From positions 1 to 64,000 of IMG/VR virus record IMGVR_UViG_3300030090_003678: a stretch of 64,000 nucleotides of DNA; one strand, written 5' to 3'. Below are positions 9,368-17,957 of this stretch, piece after piece. How positions within the stretch are numbered: the stretch's first letter is position 1; each line of letters starts with the position of its first letter. The notes beneath the pieces are model-generated. The model made no database searches. It was not told where the DNA came from and worked only from the letters and a program-made list of their open reading frames with translations. Source of the stretch: an uncultured virus (IMG/VR IMGVR_UViG_3300030090_003678). Taxonomy: Duplodnaviria > Heunggongvirae > Uroviricota > Caudoviricetes. The translations under genes were made by a program, and so were the position numbers.

Positions 9368-9769
9368 ATGTTAAAAGCTATAAAACGTTTCTTCGCAAAA
9401 AGAAAGCTAGAGAAAAAGTCTCCAGCTTATCTAAAGTATTACCTAGATGATGAAGGTAATATATTTGTTGATTTCAAGTGGGACAACAAGATAGATAAAA
9501 ATGCAGATGGTCTTTTTGCTTCTTTGCTTTTTGAGTCTAGCAGCGGTAAGCTAATAGAAGATGTATTAGAATTTATTGAATCAGAGTGCGAAAAAGCAGG
9601 TAAAACTAAGGACTTCGAGGCTTTTGGGGCTAAATTAACGCTGTATAGAATGGGTGCTTTTGTTGAATTGTCAGAAAAACTACAAGAAAAGACCCAATCT
9701 TTAGATGACGAAGTCGTAGTTAAACCAACAGATGTAGCTACAACCATCCTGAAGGAGAATAATCCTTAA
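9368..9769 (+). CDS. Hypothetical protein
   Basis: ORF in operon context. Confidence 0.6.
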   Translation: MLKAIKRFFAKRKLEKKSPAYLKYYLDDEGNIFVDFKWDNKIDKNADGLFASLLFESSSGKLIEDVLEFIESECEKAGKTKDFEAFGAKLTLYRMGAFVELSEKLQEKTQSLDDEVVVKPTDVATTILKENNP

Positions 9770-9771
9770 AA

Positions 9772-9781
9772 GTGTATAATA
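9772..9781 (+). promoter_or_regulatory. GTGTATAATA promoter motif, copy 2
   Basis: Exact decamer, intergenic, upstream of ATG 9813. Confidence 0.65.
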
Positions 9782-9812
9782 AGTAAGAACGTTTTTTCCT
9801 CGGAGCTGTATC

Positions 9813-10412
9813 ATGATAGACAAAAAAATAGCTTGGGAACGATGGGATGAGGACGTAATAGATCAAGAAATCGCTGAAGATTTCTATGAGCAATATGAAG
9901 ACGAAGAAGATAGGGAAATGGCAGAAGATGCTTTGTCCTTCTTAGATAAAATACCATCTCTCGTCACTACGCCAATGGGTATGTACCAACTTCATGACAA
10001 AATGAACGTCATGAACCAATTCGATTGTTGGATGGCACATACAAACTTTGATATAACAAAGTCCATTCAGTCTAAGGTAGAAAAAATAGAAGGCGTAGAG
10101 CTTCTAAATGTGATGTCTAGATATAGATTTTTTATTGGGTTGGGTAGACTGTTTGAGTTTTCTGACGTTAGAAAATCTATAGAAGAAGCATTATGTGATC
10201 CATTTAAAATGGACGAAGACACAACAGAAACCGTAGAAGCAATAAAGCAATCTTTATCCTCTGATAAATTTTGGACTATTTTTGTATCTCGTGAAGGAGA
10301 TATACTTTACAGTAGTACAAACAAAGAAGACGACAAAGATTATTTAAACGAACTAAAATCATATAATAATCAAAAGAATAAATTTGGTGGTTTAATACTT
10401 AACAATGAATAA
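9813..10412 (+). CDS. Hypothetical protein
   Basis: 199-aa ORF with GGAG RBS and acidic N-terminus. Confidence 0.7.
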   Translation: MIDKKIAWERWDEDVIDQEIAEDFYEQYEDEEDREMAEDALSFLDKIPSLVTTPMGMYQLHDKMNVMNQFDCWMAHTNFDITKSIQSKVEKIEGVELLNVMSRYRFFIGLGRLFEFSDVRKSIEEALCDPFKMDEDTTETVEAIKQSLSSDKFWTIFVSREGDILYSSTNKEDDKDYLNELKSYNNQKNKFGGLILNNE

Positions 10413-10557
10413 TTTCTTCTACAAGCTCCAAAAAATGTCACAAGACAGTGATAGTGGAGTTGAGGTTTTCATTGATGAAGACGGAGAAGTCGAGTTTGAA
10501 ATAGACTTAGATATTTTCCTAGCAGCTTTACAAGAGTGGAGAGATCAAGATGAATAA
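10405..10557 (+). CDS. Small acidic protein (50 aa)
   Basis: ORF MNNFFYKLQKMSQDSDSGVEVFIDEDGEVEFEIDLDIFLAALQEWRDQDE read manually; overlaps both neighbours by a few nt. Confidence 0.55.
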   Translation: MNNFFYKLQKMSQDSDSGVEVFIDEDGEVEFEIDLDIFLAALQEWRDQDE

Positions 10558-11134
10558 AAAGACTTCAGAATTGAGCGAAGACTTTTTGCTTGAATCTGGA
10601 AGAATTTTTATTCGAGGAGAGATAGACGAAGAGACCGAAGAAAAACTTACGCTTTCTCTTAGACATTTATTAATGAAGAAAGCATCCGCCGCCTATATCT
10701 ATATAAATTCCGAAGGGGGTGATGTCGATTCTGCTTGCGCTATGATTGATGAAATCAACGGCGCTAAAAATAGCGGTTTAGAAGTAAACACAATATCTTT
10801 TGGCAAATCTTATTCAGCCGCAGCGTACCTGCTTACATTTGGTTCGCGTAGATACGCAACCGAAAACTCTACGATAATGCTTCATCCAATACTCTTTGAT
10901 TTAGATATGGATTACATAGCCAACCAAAGAGCCTATACTTCTTATACCGATAAAAAATACGATGACATTATCAGCAAAGTAGCAAGGAACTGCGGCAAAA
11001 AAACAAAGCCATCAATTCAAAAGTTCAGGTCTGAAATACAGCATGGACTTTGGCTAAGCCCACGAGAGGCCAAAAAATTAAAAGTAATAGATGAAATTTG
11101 GGATTACTCAAAGGAGTCTAAAATTGCTTACTGA
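10550..11134 (+). CDS. clpP: ClpP-like protease subunit
   Basis: RIFIRGEI, YINSEGGDV, YSAAAYLL (Ser), IMLHP (His), WLSPREA...VIDEI. Confidence 0.85.
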   Translation: MNKKTSELSEDFLLESGRIFIRGEIDEETEEKLTLSLRHLLMKKASAAYIYINSEGGDVDSACAMIDEINGAKNSGLEVNTISFGKSYSAAAYLLTFGSRRYATENSTIMLHPILFDLDMDYIANQRAYTSYTDKKYDDIISKVARNCGKKTKPSIQKFRSEIQHGLWLSPREAKKLKVIDEIWDYSKESKIAY

Positions 11135-11756
11135 ATTAGCTTGTTATAACCAAGATTCTACCTACAAGGATATATTAGAAACAATTTTTGTAGGAACACA
11201 GAAGGATGTTAGCTGTATAGCAATACCTTCAGGTTTCATGTCTAGAGTATCTGAGTTCTTATCTCATCAAAAATTCTCTGCGGCTATCGACTTCCCGTAT
11301 GGCCTTAGTAGCACTCAGGTTAGAGTTCATGAAATTATACTAGCAGCCAGACAAGGCGCTTCTTTTATAGACCTAGTAATAAATAATAGCTATGTAAAAG
11401 AAAAAAACTGGCGAAAAATAAAGGACGATATCAAGTCTTGCAAGGCGGTTTGTGAACAAAACAATGTAGAAATGCGAGCAATTATTGAATATAGGCTATT
11501 TCCAGTTGATACGGTCTTACTGATCTGTGAACTCCTATCTTCTCAAGGCATCACAAACATAATAAACTCAACTGGTTTTTTAGTAGATGATATTAGCGAT
11601 AACGCTATTATTTCCTATGAAATAGCTAAAAATACAGGTTGTTTAGTAACACCTTGCGTGAGGGCATTTGATAGGTCTCATGTAGACCTATTCAAAGATA
11701 TGAATGTTCATGCACTTAGAATAATGTCCGCCAAAATAATAAGTGACATAATCTGA
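11091..11756 (+). CDS. deoC: Deoxyribose-phosphate aldolase-like protein, degenerate active site
   Basis: IDFPYG, GASFIDLVIN, RAIIE, NSTGF; true start may be a later TTG near 11124. Confidence 0.7.
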   Translation: MKFGITQRSLKLLTELACYNQDSTYKDILETIFVGTQKDVSCIAIPSGFMSRVSEFLSHQKFSAAIDFPYGLSSTQVRVHEIILAARQGASFIDLVINNSYVKEKNWRKIKDDIKSCKAVCEQNNVEMRAIIEYRLFPVDTVLLICELLSSQGITNIINSTGFLVDDISDNAIISYEIAKNTGCLVTPCVRAFDRSHVDLFKDMNVHALRIMSAKIISDII

Positions 11757-11758
11757 TG

Positions 11759-11768
11759 GTGTATAATA
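11759..11768 (+). promoter_or_regulatory. GTGTATAATA promoter motif, copy 3
   Basis: Exact decamer, intergenic, upstream of ATG 11843. Confidence 0.65.
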
Positions 11769-11842
11769 TATATAGGGACTGGATTTTATTGTTGGACAAA
11801 AAGGAACTGTGCAGAATAGTCATATTATAGAAAGGCTTAAAA

Positions 11843-12472
11843 ATGGCTGTAAGCACACATAAACAAGAAGCTGTATCTGGCAACGGATACAACCCTGACA
11901 AGGGAACTATTCTTAACGGCGGTAATATTTCTGGTAGCAAGTTTCAAGCAAAATCTCCTATTGATACCGTAAGAGGCTTGAAGCAAAGTGGTGCAATGGT
12001 TATTGATAGCGATTGGACTAATGAAGCTAAATCTGATGGAACTATTGCTTACTTCCCAACAGTTCGTACTGCAACCAATACTGGTTTCATTATGAGAGGT
12101 GGAGTAGGCAACCAAGTTGGTGGAGTTGCTTCATTCAATCCTATTGAAATCAATGGTTCTGATACTACTTCTCGTCCTAATGGAAATATCCATAAGATTG
12201 TTAAGAGTGTACAACAAGGTACTTGGGCAGATCGAACATTCGATATTCTCACTGGTACTTTAGTTAAAGGAACTAATGCTGGAACAGCATATAACTTCGT
12301 GCAGAAAGATGGTTCTACTGCTGCGATTGATGATGCTGCATCTCCAACTAGATCAACTCCGGGTGAATTCTATATCCTATCTAACTTCACAGACTTTGAC
12401 GGCACTAGCGTAAGCGGTGACGGAACTGGCGCTGAAAATATGATGGATTATAGCGCTATCACTGGTGGTTAA
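11843..12472 (+). CDS. Gly/Thr/Ser-rich putative virion protein
   Basis: Composition typical of beta-rich structural proteins; no recognised catalytic motif. Confidence 0.5.
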   Translation: MAVSTHKQEAVSGNGYNPDKGTILNGGNISGSKFQAKSPIDTVRGLKQSGAMVIDSDWTNEAKSDGTIAYFPTVRTATNTGFIMRGGVGNQVGGVASFNPIEINGSDTTSRPNGNIHKIVKSVQQGTWADRTFDILTGTLVKGTNAGTAYNFVQKDGSTAAIDDAASPTRSTPGEFYILSNFTDFDGTSVSGDGTGAENMMDYSAITGG

Positions 12473-12496
12473 TTTTAGTTCAATTTGAGGTGTATC

Positions 12497-12808
12497 ATGA
12501 GTCCAGAAATGCCAGCACTTGCCGCAGTTATAGCGGTCACTATGGGATTGATAAAGGTAATCGAGATGTTGATTAACAAGAATTCTAGTAAGGGATCAAT
12601 TTTGACAGGTGAAGAAAGAGGTTGGTTACAAGGATTACATGACTTGCACGAAAAGTGCGATACCGATGGCACTCCTTTAGTTTACGTTCCTAGAAGTTGG
12701 GCTGAGATTCAACGTAATATGCAGCACGTAATGACTAAGATCGTTAACGACCAAAGAAGGATTGCTGATATTTTGGAAAGAATTGACAAAAAACTAGATG
12801 ATAAATAG
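12497..12808 (+). CDS. Membrane-anchored coiled-coil protein
   Basis: N-terminal TM helix, C-terminal coiled coil; GAGGTG RBS. Confidence 0.6.
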   Translation: MSPEMPALAAVIAVTMGLIKVIEMLINKNSSKGSILTGEERGWLQGLHDLHEKCDTDGTPLVYVPRSWAEIQRNMQHVMTKIVNDQRRIADILERIDKKLDDK

Positions 12809-12815
12809 TTAGTTG

Positions 12816-12853
12816 AGAGGACGCAGCCAAGCGTTGCGTCCTCTATTTTTTTT
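12816..12853 (+). terminator. Intrinsic terminator
   Basis: AGAGGACGCAGC/GTTGCGTCCTCT stem followed by a T run. Confidence 0.85.
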
Positions 12854-12864
12854 GGAGAAATAAA

Positions 12865-13107
12865 ATGAAAGAAGCAATAAAAAGCAAAAAGGGAATCATG
12901 GCAATAGTGTCAATAATTATGGCACTAGCACTTGCTATTTGGCAAAACGGAGGACTTGATGGAATTATTATAGACGTTCCGGGATCTGATCCCATTGAAG
13001 TTAATATTCCAGAAAGTTGTGAAGATTGTGAAGAGGCTTGTAAGTGCGATATTGATGGTGGCGATTGTGTCTGCGACACTGGTTGCTCCTGCCCTATCTG
13101 CGCCTGA
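12865..13107 (+). CDS. Small membrane protein with Cys-rich tail
   Basis: TM helix, then CEDCEEACKC....CVCDTGCSCPIC; GGAG RBS. Confidence 0.6.
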   Translation: MKEAIKSKKGIMAIVSIIMALALAIWQNGGLDGIIIDVPGSDPIEVNIPESCEDCEEACKCDIDGGDCVCDTGCSCPICA

Positions 13108-13537
13108 TAACTATGAAGTAGAAGTAGTTGAATATTGCGACTACATAGAACTTAATCATGTTTACAGGTACGACGAAATAGACGAGAGAGTGGTCTGCTA
13201 TATGAAGCAGGCCATTTTCTGGTCTTTTAGGTATGACGTTTTACTACCAGTTAGGAATAAAGAAGGTAAGCTGACTGACGAATACAAAATGACTTCTAGT
13301 TTTGTCATAAGGGATTACGTTGTACTAAAAGAAGGATGGAGCAACAAACAAAACGTAAGATGGCATTTTATTAATGGTAAGTGGCATTTTACTTTCTATG
13401 ACATGAATAGTGACACTTACTTACGGGTTATATGCGATAGTATAAAGACAAGCCACACAAACTACGACGTTGAACGTAGAAATCTTAAACTAATAAAAAA
13501 AGAATTCAGACATGAGTTCATGGAGAAAAGAGAATGA
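13028..13537 (+). CDS. Secreted hypothetical protein
   Basis: GTG start at 13028 gives signal peptide MKRLVSAILMVAIVSATLVAPALSA; ATG 13055 is the alternative. Confidence 0.6.
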   Translation: MKRLVSAILMVAIVSATLVAPALSAPDNYEVEVVEYCDYIELNHVYRYDEIDERVVCYMKQAIFWSFRYDVLLPVRNKEGKLTDEYKMTSSFVIRDYVVLKEGWSNKQNVRWHFINGKWHFTFYDMNSDTYLRVICDSIKTSHTNYDVERRNLKLIKKEFRHEFMEKRE

Positions 13538-13926
13538 AATATCCAAAAATTAGAGCAGAATGGCGACCAATCGAGAACCTTGATATAAATGTGACAAGCC
13601 AAGAATTTAAAATTTATGTCAACGGTATAAGAAAAGGCAAAGAGATTTTTGACCGTTGGGTCAGAGATCATGAATTTTTCGTGCCAGCTTGGGATGAAAA
13701 AGGAAATCTTTTAGAAGAACCGACAAGAATACATTACACTGTCGAAGCCAAAACTGATAACTTTGCATCTGAAGTTGTGGCTTCAAATGTTATAGAACTA
13801 CAAAGTATTGCTATTGATGAAAACCCAACGGACTTGAAGGTGTCCGTAATGCCCTTTCCGCAATTTTATCAAGAACACAATCCGTCAGGTTCAAGCGTTT
13901 CTATCGTGGCTAGTGGGGTTATTTAG
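13534..13926 (+). CDS. Hypothetical protein
   Basis: ATGA-coupled ORF, beta-rich pattern. Confidence 0.6.
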   Translation: MKYPKIRAEWRPIENLDINVTSQEFKIYVNGIRKGKEIFDRWVRDHEFFVPAWDEKGNLLEEPTRIHYTVEAKTDNFASEVVASNVIELQSIAIDENPTDLKVSVMPFPQFYQEHNPSGSSVSIVASGVI

Positions 13927-15186
13927 ATGAACTGGCAAGACATTCACGATCAAGCCATCGTATTCGATTGGCACAATCACGGCACACTTAAAAATTTCTT
14001 GTTCGACCGTTCTCTTGACGGTAAAGATTCTAGGTTCTTGACTAAATTATTCAAAAGGTCTTTCTGGCCTTTGAGTGAAAGAAACACTTTACCAAAGATG
14101 GAAGAAGGAGGATTAAACGTAGTTCTTTCGACTTCCTATATACCTGAAATAGAATGGGTGGACGATCAAAAGCTAATTAAGTTTTTGAAATGGTTGTATC
14201 CATCAGTAAACAAAAGAGTCTTTCAACCAACTTACTTTGATGCAACTAATGCGATGATGGATCGCATGGAAGAAGAAGTAGAATTGTACAATGATGTTTC
14301 TCTGATTTTAGATTCTGACAGCAAATTTAAGTTTGTAAAAAGCATCAAAGAATTAGAAGATGCTATTGTTAATAGTGACATAGCCATGATTCATTCTGTT
14401 GAAGGAGGTCATTCACTTAATGGAGAGCTAGCAAAGAAAAGAGTAGAAGAATCCACTGCCTTGAAACCACTCATTGAAAACGAATTGCTGAAAAACCTTG
14501 AGCATTTTTACGACAGAGGCGTGGCTTATCTTACTCTTGCTCACTTTTATCCAAATCATTTAGTGTCTCCTGTATTTCCATATCCAGAATATGGGATTAA
14601 GAAAAGTAACTGGAAGAACTTGATGGCAGGCTGGGATATGAATAAAGGTCTAACTTCTATAGGCAAAAAGGTTGTAGAAGCGATGAAAGACATGGGTATG
14701 ATAATAGATATAACCCATTGCACGCCCAAAGCCCGTTCTGAAGTGTATGATATAGTAGGAAATGACTTATCAAAAGTTGTGGCTAGCCATATCGGTGCAT
14801 TTTCTGTTAATCCAGACCCTTTGAATTTGGAAGACTGGGAAATAAAATGGTTGGCAGATCATAATTGTTTGATAGGCATAATATTTATGAATTACTGGCT
14901 TAGTCCTATAGATACAGGTCTGGGCTTGAAGTACATAGAAAAAACAATAGACCATATAATAAATGTAGCTGGCGATGAAGTCTTGGCTATAGGGACTGAT
15001 TTCGATGGATTCACTGATCCACCAGATGAGATAACAGACATTTCTGAACTTCCTAGATTAACTAGATATCTAAAATGTTTTAGATCAGGTATTGGTGAGG
15101 ATAAATATTCAAATGAAACAATAGCCAATATACTTGGCAGAAACTCCTTACGTTTTATCCTAGAAGGATGGGGCAAGAAAAAATGA
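13927..15186 (+). CDS. Peptidase M19 (membrane dipeptidase family) amidohydrolase
   Basis: DWHNH, SVEGGHSL, YLTLAH, IIDITH, ASH, IGTDFDG motifs. Confidence 0.88.
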   Translation: MNWQDIHDQAIVFDWHNHGTLKNFLFDRSLDGKDSRFLTKLFKRSFWPLSERNTLPKMEEGGLNVVLSTSYIPEIEWVDDQKLIKFLKWLYPSVNKRVFQPTYFDATNAMMDRMEEEVELYNDVSLILDSDSKFKFVKSIKELEDAIVNSDIAMIHSVEGGHSLNGELAKKRVEESTALKPLIENELLKNLEHFYDRGVAYLTLAHFYPNHLVSPVFPYPEYGIKKSNWKNLMAGWDMNKGLTSIGKKVVEAMKDMGMIIDITHCTPKARSEVYDIVGNDLSKVVASHIGAFSVNPDPLNLEDWEIKWLADHNCLIGIIFMNYWLSPIDTGLGLKYIEKTIDHIINVAGDEVLAIGTDFDGFTDPPDEITDISELPRLTRYLKCFRSGIGEDKYSNETIANILGRNSLRFILEGWGKKK

Positions 15187-15821
15187 AAAAATACATAGAA
15201 GCATTAAAACAATACGCTGACCAAGCAACTACTAGTGATGCAAAAACTGGAGCTTGCTGGCAAGGTTATGAAAGAGTACCTAATACAAAAAAAGGAGAAC
15301 CGGGTTCTTGTAGAAAAATTGGATCAAGTAAAGCAGATAATGATCCTACTATAAGTGATGCAAAAACTGGTGCTTGCTGGGAGGGCTATCAAAGAGTTCC
15401 TAACACTAAGAAAGGTGAGCCGGGTTCTTGTGAAAAAATTAATGCAGGAGAAACAGAGGCGGATTATAAATATGAAAATCCAAAAACTGGTGAAATATTT
15501 ATATACTCACGAAGAGGAACTTATAGAAAGAATGGAACAAATTTAATCTATAAGGGAATTGCAGAAAAGTCAGAGGCTGCTGAATACCAAGGAAGAAAAG
15601 TAACATTAAACAAACCATTCTTAACACCAGATGGGCCAAAGAAACGTTCTGTTTATGTAAAGAACGATAAAGGTAATGTTGTTAAAGTAAACTTTGGTGA
15701 CCCTAATATGAAAATCAAGAAGAACGACCCAGAAAGACGTAAGAGTTTTAGAGCTAGGCATAACTGCGATAATCCGGGTCCTAAATGGAAGGCAAGATAT
15801 TGGTCTTGTAAAATGTGGTAA
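15183..15821 (+). CDS. Phage protein with two CW.GY repeats and basic C-terminal domain
   Basis: Two copies of SDAKTGACW.GY.RVPNTKKGEPGSC.KI; C-terminal VNFGDPNM...SFRARHNC...ARYWSC domain that I recall from large phage proteins. Confidence 0.65.
   Translation: MKKYIEALKQYADQATTSDAKTGACWQGYERVPNTKKGEPGSCRKIGSSKADNDPTISDAKTGACWEGYQRVPNTKKGEPGSCEKINAGETEADYKYENPKTGEIFIYSRRGTYRKNGTNLIYKGIAEKSEAAEYQGRKVTLNKPFLTPDGPKKRSVYVKNDKGNVVKVNFGDPNMKIKKNDPERRKSFRARHNCDNPGPKWKARYWSCKMW
15234..15440 (+). repeat. Imperfect 87-bp direct repeat, period 120 bp (15234-15320, 15354-15440)
   Basis: Both copies start AGTGATGCAAAAACTGG and end CCGGGTTCTTGT..AAAAATT. Confidence 0.9.
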
Positions 15822-15822
15822 C

Positions 15823-16110
15823 ATGGCAAATAATAATAGACTACAATCTATCTTAGAGAAACGTCGTCAAAGACATCAGATTAAGTCTGAAAAAAAAGAC
15901 GACAAAGTAGAAAAGAAAGAAAGTAAAAGGGATTACAGACTTGAAAAAATCAATGCTGTAAAAGAGAAAATCTACGCTGTTGCAGCCAAAAGGAAGTGGC
16001 TGTTTTTGATCATAGCAGCTGCGATAGTAGCCTACTTAGTCATTTTCAAAGGCGGGTTTAGCTTTGGTGGCGGGTCAGGCATTTTAGAGAAGATTAAAAG
16101 CTTCTTTTAA
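15823..16110 (+). CDS. Basic protein with C-terminal TM helix
   Basis: Charged N-terminus, WLFLIIAAAIVAYLVIF helix. Confidence 0.65.
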   Translation: MANNNRLQSILEKRRQRHQIKSEKKDDKVEKKESKRDYRLEKINAVKEKIYAVAAKRKWLFLIIAAAIVAYLVIFKGGFSFGGGSGILEKIKSFF

Positions 16111-16133
16111 TTTTTTTATTAAGGAAAAGAACT

Positions 16134-16313
16134 ATGGAAAAGGTAAAAGCCTTATTCAAGAGTCGTCGTTTTTGGACTGCCATTGGTGGTGTGGTTGTAG
16201 TAGCCGCTCAGGAAACACTTGGATTAGATCCAGAAACAACCAACAGAATTGTTGCACTTGCTGTAGCATGGATTCTTGGAGATTCGTTGAGAGTCACATC
16301 TGAAAGCGAATAA
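16134..16313 (+). CDS. Holin-like small two-helix membrane protein (59 aa)
   Basis: ORF MEKVKALFKSRRFWTAIGGVVVVAAQETLGLDPETTNRIVALAVAWILGDSLRVTSESE read manually; KSRRFW plus two hydrophobic helices; TAAGGA RBS. Confidence 0.55.
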   Translation: MEKVKALFKSRRFWTAIGGVVVVAAQETLGLDPETTNRIVALAVAWILGDSLRVTSESE

Positions 16314-16325
16314 TAAGTAAACAAT

Positions 16326-16392
16326 AGCAATAGTCCACCTATTCCCATTATTCTCACCTTTCGCACCCTTGTAGGTGGGCTGTTGCTTTTTT
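16326..16392 (+). terminator. Long stem with 30-nt pyrimidine-rich loop and T tail
   Basis: AGCAATAGTCCACCTA pairs with TAGGTGGGCTGTTGCT (16 bp including G-U), followed by TTTTT. Confidence 0.6.
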
Positions 16393-16405
16393 ATTGGATA
16401 GTATT

Positions 16406-16690
16406 ATGGAACCAAAAGAAAAACATCTTTTAATATTCTCGGCAAAATGGTGTGGTCCTTGTAGAATGATGAAAGCTCATGTTTGGAGTGATCCAAGTGT
16501 TGAGAAGAAATTAAAATCATTCAACTCTGTAAATTTTCTAGATATAGACGACCCTAATTCTCATGGTATAGCACGCGCTTACAGAGTTCAGGCAGTTCCA
16601 ACTATATATATAGTTGACGAAGAAGGTACACCCATAAAAGCTGGTAGCACTATGGATGTAAATGGAACACTTAACTTCTTAGGTAATTAA
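16406..16690 (+). CDS. Thioredoxin (WCGPC)
   Basis: FSAKWCGPCRMM and VQAVPT cis-Pro loop. Confidence 0.88.
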   Translation: MEPKEKHLLIFSAKWCGPCRMMKAHVWSDPSVEKKLKSFNSVNFLDIDDPNSHGIARAYRVQAVPTIYIVDEEGTPIKAGSTMDVNGTLNFLGN

Positions 16691-16693
16691 AAA

Positions 16694-16993
16694 ATGAGCG
16701 TCTCAAACCATCAAGTAGTAGTATTCATTGCAGAATGGTGTCCTCACTGTAAGCAAATGAAGGACAATGTCTGGACGGATAATACAGTAGTGAAGTCAGT
16801 TAAAAGATTTCATGGGGGAAAACCTGCATTTGTTGTTTGTAGTAGACCACAAAACAGATATTTAGTGGATGAATTTGAAATAGAGAAGTACCCAACAGTT
16901 GTGATAATGGACGAAGATCACAATATCAAGAAAAGAGCGAACAATATGAACTCAAGCGACTTAGTTGAATTTTTAGACGAGTTTAATGGATAG
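16694..16993 (+). CDS. Thioredoxin-fold protein (WCPHC)
   Basis: FIAEWCPHCKQM and IEKYPT. Confidence 0.85.
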   Translation: MSVSNHQVVVFIAEWCPHCKQMKDNVWTDNTVVKSVKRFHGGKPAFVVCSRPQNRYLVDEFEIEKYPTVVIMDEDHNIKKRANNMNSSDLVEFLDEFNG

Positions 16994-17957
16994 ATCATCT
17001 AAAATACTAGTGACTGGCGGTCAAGGGTGGATAGGTAAAAAGCTAGGAGCTTACCTAGCTGAATCTGGTTTTGACAATGTGTTTTCTTTGGCTGGATCAA
17101 GAAGCGGAATTGATTTAGGTCTAGACTCAACTCTAGGCTGGGCTTTTAATGTCAATCCAGAAATAGTTGTTCACTTAGCGACTAGATTCCCTACAAAGGA
17201 AAACTGCTTAGAGTATCCAGCATCGTTGATGTTTGAAAATATGTTCGTGACTGCTAAAGTCATGGAAGAAGCCAGAATGAACGGCTGCAAGAAATTCATA
17301 ATGGTTTGGGATTCTTGCTGTTATCCAGAGCATCAAATACTGCCACACAAAGAGTCTGAACTTTGGGAAGGTGCGCCTTTCTGGACGCAAAGGTATTATG
17401 GTACTGCGGCTAAAGCTGCTATGGAATTAAACATGGCTTATAGCACTCAATACGAAGACTTCATTGGTATTAACCTTATATTCCCAGAAGTCTATGGGCC
17501 AAATAGTAGATTTAATCCCAACAGAAACTCTGTTATAGAATCCGTAATAACGAATATAGCAGCAGCAAAAGAATATGAATACGATCTTCCAGTTCAAGCT
17601 TCAAGTAAATGCACAAGAGATTTCTTATATGTTGACGACGCTGTAAGAGCAATTCATCATGCGATAGAATACACGCATGAGCCAAATACATTTAATGTCT
17701 CTCAAGGAGACGACATAAGCATCAAAGAACTTCACGAGCTAGTGGCAGAACTCTACGAATACAAAAAAGAAATACTTTGGGAAGAAACCGCGCTAGATAT
17801 AAAGGAAAGAACATTCCTAGATATATCTCTTATTAAAAAAGAAATCGGTTGGCATCCACAAACAAGTATGAAGGAAGGGCTAAAGGAAACAATTAAGTGG
17901 CACAAAGAGAACTTAGAAGTTACTTTTGTTTCTAAAGATTCGTTACTAGTAAAATGA
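16986..17957 (+). CDS. GDP-L-fucose synthase-like extended SDR, divergent
   Basis: ILVTGGQGWIG, SCCYP, YGP, RDFLYVDD, GW.PQ....EGL..T. Confidence 0.75.
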   Translation: MDRSSKILVTGGQGWIGKKLGAYLAESGFDNVFSLAGSRSGIDLGLDSTLGWAFNVNPEIVVHLATRFPTKENCLEYPASLMFENMFVTAKVMEEARMNGCKKFIMVWDSCCYPEHQILPHKESELWEGAPFWTQRYYGTAAKAAMELNMAYSTQYEDFIGINLIFPEVYGPNSRFNPNRNSVIESVITNIAAAKEYEYDLPVQASSKCTRDFLYVDDAVRAIHHAIEYTHEPNTFNVSQGDDISIKELHELVAELYEYKKEILWEETALDIKERTFLDISLIKKEIGWHPQTSMKEGLKETIKWHKENLEVTFVSKDSLLVK

